IMG/VR virus record: IMGVR_UViG_3300021963_000047
Span: 1-64,000 of that record
DNA length: 64,000 nucleotides
Reading direction: 5' to 3' (one strand)
Origin: a virus
Shown here: positions 56,343-64,000 of the stretch, one piece after another
Layout of the letters: each line of letters starts with the position of its first letter
Numbering within the stretch: the stretch's first letter is position 1
Translations under genes and position numbers: made by a program
The notes under the pieces: generated by a model
The model's input: the letters and a program-made list of their open reading frames with translations, nothing else
Told to the model about the DNA's origin: nothing
Databases searched by the model: none

Positions 56343-57857
56343 ATGACTTATCAAAAAATAAAACCCGAATTCATAGATATTAGTCTTGCTTCTACGGGAC
56401 AGACTTTAGTATCAAATGGTACTTCTATGACATTTAGTGATATAAAACCTACATTTACAGCTATTGCATCAGGCACATTAAATAATGGTGACAAAGTCAT
56501 TATTAATTCAAATGGAACAGTAAGCGCTGTAACTTTTAGTGCAACTACTTCTGTATCTTCCGGAGCAGAAGCAGTTGCAGCTTTAGTTCAAAGTAGTTTT
56601 ATTAGTTGTGGGTATGATAACGTAAATAGTAAAATATGCTTAGTATATAGAAATACTAACAGCACTACTACACAATATGTTATTGGCACTGTTTCTGGAT
56701 CAACGATAACATTTGGAACACCTGGTACTCTTTATGCTGGTGCTGTTTCATCGCGAATACATGTTGAATTTGAACCAGTAAATCAGAAATTATTAATATT
56801 TTATGGAGATCCAGGGAACAGCAATTATGCTACTGTTCAAATTGGTACAGTTTCAGGTACTACTGTCACTTTTGCAACTCCAGTAGTTGTTTCACCTGCA
56901 CCAGCGTTTTATTGTGTTGCTAGATATAGCAGTGTTAGTAACACTACAGTTTTTTTCTACACAGCATACAATCAATTACATGTAAAGAGTGGTTCACTTT
57001 TAGGCAATACTTATACATTTGGTGCTCAAACTGCATTTACAACATCAAATATGGATAACCTTGATGCTGCATATGATAACACTACTGGCAGATGGATAGT
57101 TGTAGGTCAATATGCTGGTGTTGGAAGATCAGTAATTGTATCAGTTACTGGAACTACTATTAATTATATAAGTGCTGCTTCAACTTTTGCTAACTCAGGC
57201 ATTGATACAAATGGTTATAGATCTACGCAAGTTGAATATGATTCAACACAACAAAAAGTTATAGTATGTTATAAAACTTCTGGTTCACAAATCAAATCTA
57301 ATATTGGAACAGTTGCTGGAAATACTATTTCTTATAATACAGTAGTAACACAAAATGCTGCTACTATCGACTATTTTGGTATGGCATATGAAAGTACAAC
57401 CGGTAAACCTGTTTTAGCAATTGTTAAATCTAGTGCACTATACATATCTGTCGGGACTGTAGCGAGCAATACTATAACTTTTTCTTCAGATGCTAATACA
57501 GGTACGATATTTTCTTCACAAGAAGGTATCTATGCAGTCGATGCTCCAACTCCTGGAAAAATTATTTGTGCTTATCCTAATGGATCACTTTATATCTCTG
57601 CTAAAGTTGTAAATACATTCACTGGTTCTACAAATTTAACAAATACAAATTATATTGGTATTTCTGATGCAGCTTATACAAATGGTCAAACGGCAACAGT
57701 ACAAATTGCGGGAGCAGTAGATGATGCACAATCAGGATTAACACCAGGAACTCAATATTATATTCAAAAAAATGGTACTCTTGGAACTACAGCAGACACA
57801 CCATCAGTAATTGCTGGTACTGCTGTAGCAACAACAAAAATAATAGTCAAAGGATAA
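56343..57857 (+). CDS. Beta-repeat (propeller-like) virion/receptor-binding protein
   Basis: About 48-aa repeats with GTVSGTT(I/V)TF; C-terminal GLTPGTQYY. Confidence 0.65.
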   Translation: MTYQKIKPEFIDISLASTGQTLVSNGTSMTFSDIKPTFTAIASGTLNNGDKVIINSNGTVSAVTFSATTSVSSGAEAVAALVQSSFISCGYDNVNSKICLVYRNTNSTTTQYVIGTVSGSTITFGTPGTLYAGAVSSRIHVEFEPVNQKLLIFYGDPGNSNYATVQIGTVSGTTVTFATPVVVSPAPAFYCVARYSSVSNTTVFFYTAYNQLHVKSGSLLGNTYTFGAQTAFTTSNMDNLDAAYDNTTGRWIVVGQYAGVGRSVIVSVTGTTINYISAASTFANSGIDTNGYRSTQVEYDSTQQKVIVCYKTSGSQIKSNIGTVAGNTISYNTVVTQNAATIDYFGMAYESTTGKPVLAIVKSSALYISVGTVASNTITFSSDANTGTIFSSQEGIYAVDAPTPGKIICAYPNGSLYISAKVVNTFTGSTNLTNTNYIGISDAAYTNGQTATVQIAGAVDDAQSGLTPGTQYYIQKNGTLGTTADTPSVIAGTAVATTKIIVKG

Positions 57858-57872
57858 TTTTCGGAGCATAAA

Positions 57873-58229
57873 ATGGCTAATCCTAATATAGTGAATGTTA
57901 CTACAATATATGGTAATACTGCAACTCTTGCAGTATCTTCTACTACTACAAACGTAGTAAGTAATCCAACGAGTTCTGGTAACATTTATAAAATAAATCT
58001 TTTAACAGTTGCAAATTATTCAACTAATAGTTATGCTGTAACTGCCGAACTAAATGTTGCTGGAGCAAATACTAATATAGTTAAGAATATAGTAATACCT
58101 GCAAATTCTTCTTTAGCGATTATAGGTAAAGATACAGCCATGTATCTTTTAGAGAATAGTTCAATTCAACTTTCGACGACACAAAATTCTGCATTTCACG
58201 CTATTTGTAGTTGGGAGCAAATAAGCTAA
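57873..58229 (+). CDS. Small virion-associated protein
   Basis: MANPNIVNVTTIYG...YLLE; GGAG RBS. Confidence 0.7.
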   Translation: MANPNIVNVTTIYGNTATLAVSSTTTNVVSNPTSSGNIYKINLLTVANYSTNSYAVTAELNVAGANTNIVKNIVIPANSSLAIIGKDTAMYLLENSSIQLSTTQNSAFHAICSWEQIS

Positions 58230-60958
58230 TGCCAAGAATTAGACCAGAAGGTGGGTTATCAGGAACTTATCAAACACCAAATACCACTATTGCTAGTGGT
58301 ATGTGGACTATGCGTGATTTAGATAGAAATCTAAGAGCAGGATCATGGCCAATAGATTCAAATCAATCAGATCCTTATTTTAAATATAACGTTCTTTTAA
58401 CACATTTTAATGGATCTGATAATACGAATAATAATCTTATTAAAGATTCAGTAAGTACAAATGAAGTTTCAAGACTTCCATTCGAAAATACTTTTGGTGC
58501 ATATTTTCCAGGAACATTAGGTTATAAGACTCCCGCAAATGGTAACTTCACTTTAACTGGTGATTTTACTATGGAAATGTATGTATATTTTTCGGGATCT
58601 CCGACCGACGTTTCACTATTTAATAACTACACTTCTGCAAACGGCAGTACAGAATTTACTATAGAAGTAAGTGCTGCTAATAAATTTGCAGTTTTTCTTA
58701 ATGGATTGAGTTCAGTAAGAATTACTGGTACTACGACTGTAACTACCGGTGTTTGGTATCATGTTGCTCTTGTAAGATCTGCTGGTGTTAATAAACTATA
58801 TGTAAATGGCGTTCAAGAAGGATCATCATATTCTTTCGCTGGAACAATTGGAACAGGCAACGCGTATTATATTGCGCAATATAATAATGCAGCTAGATTA
58901 ACTGGCAATTTATCAAATTTAAGAGTTACTAATACTGCAGTATATACTTCTAACTTTACACCGCCAACAACAACATTAACAGCGATAAGTGGTACACAAC
59001 TTTTAGTTGCAACTACAACAACATTTATTGATAGTTCACCAAATGCTTTAACATTAACATTATCAGGAACTGGTTCTTTAACTATAAATCCGGCTTTTTT
59101 AACTTTGACCGGAGCTCCTGGTCAAGGAACATTTAGTCCTTATTCTACGCCAAACGGTTATTGGTCTTCATTTTTTGATGGGGCAGGATTTCTTAATATT
59201 CCAGCAAATGCCAATTATTTGATTGGAACACAAGATTTCACTTTAGAATGCTGGATATATGCAAAAGCTGGAGCAGCGACACAAGGCATTATTACTTCTC
59301 ATCAAACAGGTGGAATGCTTCAATTTTATTTGAATACAAACGGAACATTATATGTTGCAGTTAATAATAATGGTGGAACAACTACAACATATACTACTAT
59401 GTCAACTACTTCTACCATAAATCAAACTGATTGGAATCATATTGCGTTGGTAAGGAGTGGCACTGAAGTAGCTGTCTATATCAATGGCGTTAAAGATGCT
59501 ACAACTATAACACTTTCTGCTGGAACAAATATAGGAAGTTATGGTGGTAACAAACCAATATATATTGCAGCTGGTGCAGATCAAGCCGGCAAATTTACAG
59601 GTATAATATCTAACGTTAGATACGTAGTCGGCAACGCAGTATATACTGCAAATTTTACGCCATCTACAACACCTCTGACTGCAATTACTAACACAAAACT
59701 ATTAACGTGTCAAAGCAATAGATTTGTAGATAATTCTAGCTATGCTTCAAATATAACCGTCACCGCTTCTTCATTATTATCACCGTTTTCACCGTTTGCA
59801 TACACTACAGCATATTCTGCTAATACACACGGTGGAAGTATTTCATTTAATGGTACTAATGAATATGGTAGAATTACGAGTGCTATCAATGAATTAGGAT
59901 TTGGAACTGCTGATTTTACTGTAGAATATTGGGTTTATCTTTACAATGTTGGTGCAGGCTTTATGTTTGATACAAGAACATCTGGTGGCGGTGCTGCACA
60001 AACAAAAGTCTTAATGTCAGCAAATAATACAAATATAGTTGCATATGTTGGTTCAACACAAATAATTGCTTCAACTACTCCAACTTCTGTTGTCACAGGT
60101 CAATGGTTACATATAGCCCTTGTAAGATCGAGTGCTGTGACAAGAATGTATGTTAATGGTGTCCAACAATCTACGACTTATTCAGATACCAATAATTATG
60201 GTGCCAATAGTCAGTTATCTTTGGGTACAGTCGGCGATAGTCCTGGATATGCTGCAACATTCTTAAGAGGATATATTTCGGATTTTAGAGTTACAAAAAG
60301 AGCTGTATATACTTCTGCATTTACTCCACCATCAGAACCACTTTCTGCAGTTGCTAATACAACACTATTAATAACAGGAAGAGGTGGTAATGTTATTGAT
60401 AATAGCAGACATCATACATTAAGTACAGTTAATAATGCTGTGATATCTACTACACAAAGCAAATTTGGAAACAGTAGCATTTATTTAAATGGCACTACAT
60501 CTACATATTTAAAATCTCCAACTATTAATAGTAGTAGTTGGTTTAGAACTGGTGACTTTACAGTTGAAGCATGGGTTTATTTTTCAAGTATCGGTGCAGC
60601 CAGCCAACAGATATTATCTATTGTTGGCACATCGACATTTTCATTACTAGCCAATTCTACAAATATACAAGTTGCCAGTGGAAACTTTGCTACAACTTTC
60701 AATTCTGGTCAATGGTATCATATAGCGGTATCAAGACAAGGAAGTATCTGTAGAGTATTCAAAGATGGAGCTTATTTAGGGGCCAACTCTACTCATAGTT
60801 TTGACTATTATGGTTTTGGTACGTTGGCTATTGGAGCGACAACGAGCGGAACGAACTTGTTAAATGGTTATATTGATGAAATGAGAATATCAAAATATGC
60901 TCGATATACATCAAATTCAGGATTTACTGTACCTAATAGTGAATTTAAAGACTTATAA
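58229..60958 (+). CDS. Concanavalin A-like lectin/LamG repeat protein
   Basis: Four DFTxE.W...W.H(V/I)A(L/V).R...(S/D)..R modules; start moved to ATG 58229. Confidence 0.85.
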   Translation: MPRIRPEGGLSGTYQTPNTTIASGMWTMRDLDRNLRAGSWPIDSNQSDPYFKYNVLLTHFNGSDNTNNNLIKDSVSTNEVSRLPFENTFGAYFPGTLGYKTPANGNFTLTGDFTMEMYVYFSGSPTDVSLFNNYTSANGSTEFTIEVSAANKFAVFLNGLSSVRITGTTTVTTGVWYHVALVRSAGVNKLYVNGVQEGSSYSFAGTIGTGNAYYIAQYNNAARLTGNLSNLRVTNTAVYTSNFTPPTTTLTAISGTQLLVATTTTFIDSSPNALTLTLSGTGSLTINPAFLTLTGAPGQGTFSPYSTPNGYWSSFFDGAGFLNIPANANYLIGTQDFTLECWIYAKAGAATQGIITSHQTGGMLQFYLNTNGTLYVAVNNNGGTTTTYTTMSTTSTINQTDWNHIALVRSGTEVAVYINGVKDATTITLSAGTNIGSYGGNKPIYIAAGADQAGKFTGIISNVRYVVGNAVYTANFTPSTTPLTAITNTKLLTCQSNRFVDNSSYASNITVTASSLLSPFSPFAYTTAYSANTHGGSISFNGTNEYGRITSAINELGFGTADFTVEYWVYLYNVGAGFMFDTRTSGGGAAQTKVLMSANNTNIVAYVGSTQIIASTTPTSVVTGQWLHIALVRSSAVTRMYVNGVQQSTTYSDTNNYGANSQLSLGTVGDSPGYAATFLRGYISDFRVTKRAVYTSAFTPPSEPLSAVANTTLLITGRGGNVIDNSRHHTLSTVNNAVISTTQSKFGNSSIYLNGTTSTYLKSPTINSSSWFRTGDFTVEAWVYFSSIGAASQQILSIVGTSTFSLLANSTNIQVASGNFATTFNSGQWYHIAVSRQGSICRVFKDGAYLGANSTHSFDYYGFGTLAIGATTSGTNLLNGYIDEMRISKYARYTSNSGFTVPNSEFKDL

Positions 60959-61014
60959 AATATAAAAAGAAAATAGAGAGCATCAGCAGATAGATAATAA
61001 ATTGGTTTTATATT

Positions 61015-61848
61015 ATGGATATTAATGAAGTTAATAAGATTAAATCTACTATAAAAGATAATGTAAATACACAACTATTTAAAAAACCATTTATCGTATT
61101 AAATACATATGGTAAAGATAACGGATCTATAAGATATAAAGATTATGGAAAAGATCCAATCTGTACACATTTAATTCAAATGTTTAATTATGAAGGTATT
61201 AATATTGAATATAAATTCAATGAGTTTGGTTTAAGAGGACCGTCTTTAAAAAACAAAAATAAAAAAATACTTTTTGCTGGAGGTAGTTTTTGTTTTGGAA
61301 CTGGTGTAAATGTTGAGCAAACTTTTCCATATATTATATCAGAACAACTAGATGCAGACTATCTAAATTTGAGTGATGTTGATTCTCTTAGTGAATTAAT
61401 TCCCATATTAAAAGATATAAAAGAAAAATTTAAACCAGATTATTTTATTCTATCTGATACTAGGTTTATCACAGAAATCGGTTGGCTTAGACTCTATATA
61501 TTGGATAGATTTCCAAAACAAAATGAACAAAAACTAGGATGGGAAGCTATAGCCGATAATACCATATTATCAAATGGTGACATTAGAAGATTTGCGCAGC
61601 ATCTATTTGAAAAGACAGACGATGATACATTATTAATGTTTGAAGCTTTTTGTAAAGATCTTTTTGATATTCCTATGATATTTGTTTATTTTAATAGAAA
61701 AAGCTTTGCAAATAAAACTATTGATTTTAAATATTTTAAACAAATAAAATTAGAAGCTAAAGACGTAGTAGATATATCACGAGATAATAATCATCCAGGT
61801 CCATTAACACACAAGATGGTGGCTGATAAAATACTTAAACTTCTATAA
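61015..61848 (+). CDS. SGNH-hydrolase-like protein
   Basis: FAGGSFCFGTG (block I-like) and RDNNHPG (DxxH). Confidence 0.55.
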   Translation: MDINEVNKIKSTIKDNVNTQLFKKPFIVLNTYGKDNGSIRYKDYGKDPICTHLIQMFNYEGINIEYKFNEFGLRGPSLKNKNKKILFAGGSFCFGTGVNVEQTFPYIISEQLDADYLNLSDVDSLSELIPILKDIKEKFKPDYFILSDTRFITEIGWLRLYILDRFPKQNEQKLGWEAIADNTILSNGDIRRFAQHLFEKTDDDTLLMFEAFCKDLFDIPMIFVYFNRKSFANKTIDFKYFKQIKLEAKDVVDISRDNNHPGPLTHKMVADKILKLL

Positions 61849-62806
61849 TAAGATCTTTACTACCATTCTTAATTAATTCTTCTGTTTTTTCTGTTACAAA
61901 ACCAGTCACTTGTAATGTAAATCTTGGTGTATATCCGAAGTTTGCAGTTCCATGTGGCATGTTACACCAATCATATACTAAACATTCTCCAGCATCATAT
62001 TGATGATAGTAAGTATTGCCAAATTGCCATACGTGGCCATAATCCCAATCATTCAATGCTATTAATAGTCTTCTAAGTTTGAGCGGGTTCTTATCTGCAC
62101 CAGCTGCTTTCCATCTATCTCTCCAGTGTGGTCTAGCATATCGCATTTGTTGATCAATATGAAATGGTGTAACTTGTCCTAATAATTGGATATGAATCCT
62201 CATCTGATGTACATCAAAGCCTATAGCTTCTGCCATTCTATGAAAAACTAAGTAATCTTCATGATGATTATTTTTCCAATCTTCTTTACCATCTTTATCA
62301 AAACCAACAAGAGAAACTAAAGAATCATTATACATACAAGATATGTCTTCTTGTCTAGAAGCACGTTTTATATCCAGTAATTCTCCTTCATGAAGATCTT
62401 TATCTTGTTGTGACAAATTTCTAGGTCTGTAGTTGCCTATAGTTTGTTCTTTACAATCATTTAAAGCTTTCTCTAGTCCTTTAGACCAATCACCTTTAAA
62501 CTTACACATGATCTTAAATGTTTCTTCATTTGGATCTGCTTTAGTATTAAAGTGCCAGTTTGATCTTAACTTATTATGATGCCATCTAGAAGGTATACCA
62601 TCAACAGTAAAGACATTCATGTTAGATTCAGAATGTTTCTTTAGTTGCTCATCAGAATACATATCTTCTTGATACTGTGAATCTTCAATGTTTACACCAG
62701 CTTGAAGCTCAGGCACTTTTTCTGGCATATACTCAGATATATTTTGTTTTGAATTCCAATTATATCCTTGATTCTTTATCATTTTGCTTGTATCATACGT
62801 GGTCAT
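61835..62806 (-). CDS. Putative Fe(II)/2OG-type oxygenase, paralog of 9686-10441
   Basis: TPFHIDQ, NDWDYGHVWQFGN, PHGTANFG, RFTLQVTG. Confidence 0.6.
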   Translation of the reverse strand: MTTYDTSKMIKNQGYNWNSKQNISEYMPEKVPELQAGVNIEDSQYQEDMYSDEQLKKHSESNMNVFTVDGIPSRWHHNKLRSNWHFNTKADPNEETFKIMCKFKGDWSKGLEKALNDCKEQTIGNYRPRNLSQQDKDLHEGELLDIKRASRQEDISCMYNDSLVSLVGFDKDGKEDWKNNHHEDYLVFHRMAEAIGFDVHQMRIHIQLLGQVTPFHIDQQMRYARPHWRDRWKAAGADKNPLKLRRLLIALNDWDYGHVWQFGNTYYHQYDAGECLVYDWCNMPHGTANFGYTPRFTLQVTGFVTEKTEELIKNGSKDLIIEV

Positions 62807-63330
62807 TTGTTTCCTGGCCCTTCACCCCTGACTGAATATTGTATTTTTGATATTAACCAATCATATGATTTTTCATCAGAAACATCTATATCTACCGCAT
62901 AATGTACTGTAGAATCTCTAAAACAAAAACTGTAATGACATAAATTTGAATTTATTATCATCCATTGGTTTTGTCTAAAGTGTTGAATCTTTCCGTCAAT
63001 AATATATGTACAATCTTCTGGATGTGTAAAATTTGGATGACAATTCAATCTAATATATTTTCTTTGATATTTCTCAAGTATTAAATCCCTGTGTGGTAAA
63101 AAGAAACTACCACGATTTAATTCTATCCTGACCGGTTTGTTAGTTATAACATACTCAGGAATATTCCATGTTTCTGGTGGTCTTTTATAATGCCAAACAA
63201 GCTTATTACCTATCTGATTTTCATACTTTTTTTGTTCTACAAGATCAGAATGTATCATTTCGTGTGGAGCATACAGATCTAATCCTATAACATTTCCATA
63301 TAATGAAAATATCTCAGTTGTAGAAAGCAT
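62803..63330 (-). CDS. Aspartyl/asparaginyl beta-hydroxylase-like oxygenase
   Basis: GSFFLPHRD (HxD) and INSNLCHYSF. Confidence 0.55.
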   Translation of the reverse strand: MLSTTEIFSLYGNVIGLDLYAPHEMIHSDLVEQKKYENQIGNKLVWHYKRPPETWNIPEYVITNKPVRIELNRGSFFLPHRDLILEKYQRKYIRLNCHPNFTHPEDCTYIIDGKIQHFRQNQWMIINSNLCHYSFCFRDSTVHYAVDIDVSDEKSYDWLISKIQYSVRGEGPGNK

Positions 63331-63912
63331 TTAGTATTCCTTACAATTTGGTAATAAGTTAGATATAGCTTTCATATTCTTTTCTGTAATATAGACACTC
63401 ATTAAAACATGATAGATATCATCTGTAAAAGAAAATGATCCATGTACTTTTCTAGTATTAAGGATATAAGGAACTCCAGCTTTAAATTTTACCAATTTAT
63501 CATCATAGATAAAGCACCATTCGTGTGTTTCAACTTTATTTAGAGGTATAAAAATTCTAAATTGTGGGTTTAATCCATACGCATCTCTATGCATCTTAAA
63601 ATAAGAACCAGTATCTATCTTAACTGCCCGACATCTAGCTAAGTTTTCCCACTTATCAAAAAACTTTTTGATACTAGGACAATCTAATAAATTTTGATTG
63701 TATGATTGATCTTGTTCATGCTTATTTTTATTTTCTAAACCAAGATCATCAATCGGTCCAGTAAGATTGATGGCACTTTTACCATGCGTAGCAGGTATCC
63801 ATGTATTTAAAGCTTGTAATTCTTCTATAGTATTATTATCAAACTTATAATCAAGTTCAATTATATCACCGTAAGCACTTAGTACACTTAACATACTTAA
63901 TACTTCTGTCAT
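63331..63912 (-). CDS. Aspartyl/asparaginyl beta-hydroxylase-like oxygenase
   Basis: GSYFKMHRD, RIFIPL, LNTRKVHGSF. Confidence 0.65.
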   Translation of the reverse strand: MTEVLSMLSVLSAYGDIIELDYKFDNNTIEELQALNTWIPATHGKSAINLTGPIDDLGLENKNKHEQDQSYNQNLLDCPSIKKFFDKWENLARCRAVKIDTGSYFKMHRDAYGLNPQFRIFIPLNKVETHEWCFIYDDKLVKFKAGVPYILNTRKVHGSFSFTDDIYHVLMSVYITEKNMKAISNLLPNCKEY

Positions 63913-63998
63913 AATAAATCCTTTTTATGATGCTTAAATCTCTTGATCTCATTATAGATCTTCACGACAGTTTTAGGACCATCTGAGATGTACCAACA
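63909..63998 (-). CDS. 3' end of a partial ORF running in from the window edge
   Basis: Minus-strand frame CWYISDGPKTVVKIYNEIKRFKHHKKDLL ends in an ATGA overlap with the next gene. Confidence 0.35.
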   Translation of the reverse strand, partial: CWYISDGPKTVVKIYNEIKRFKHHKKDLL

Positions 63999-64000
63999 TG

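Noticed and set aside
1-64000. Stop-codon reassignment
   Set aside because: Core genes are full length under the standard code and end with TAA, TGA or TAG; no suppressor anticodon was found.

Overview
This 64-kb window is part of a T4-like (myovirus) bacteriophage genome. The host is probably an alphaproteobacterium, judging from a permuted two-piece tmRNA with a GGCAGUA T-loop and an ANDN...AA tag, and an alpha-type YccA. The left third (1-23.9 kb) carries nucleotide, replication and auxiliary genes: nrdB, GIY-YIG nuclease, YkuK-like RNase H, YccA/BI-1, radical SAM, RlpA, TIGR02594 hydrolase, ClpP, a nucleotidyltransferase-TctA-oxygenase-X-TctC operon, PhoH, rnh, GT4, SpeD, glutaredoxin, DUF932, gp33/59/32. 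It also holds five tRNA or tRNA-like genes and the tmRNA. The remainder is the tail/baseplate module (tape-measure-like protein, gp26/51, 48, 4, 2, 54, 53, 27-like, split gp5, PAAR, 25, 6, 7, 8, DUF4815-like, fibres, LamG protein), followed by a cluster of Fe(II)/2OG-type oxygenases. Most notable: a start-less gp51 frame that seems reachable only by a -1 frameshift at T TTT TTT at the end of gp26; the phage-borne two-piece tmRNA; a non-canonical long-arm tRNA with a UAU anticodon; and a late-promoter-driven TctA/TctC transporter operon enclosing a dioxygenase. All family calls come from motifs recognised by eye, not from database searches.
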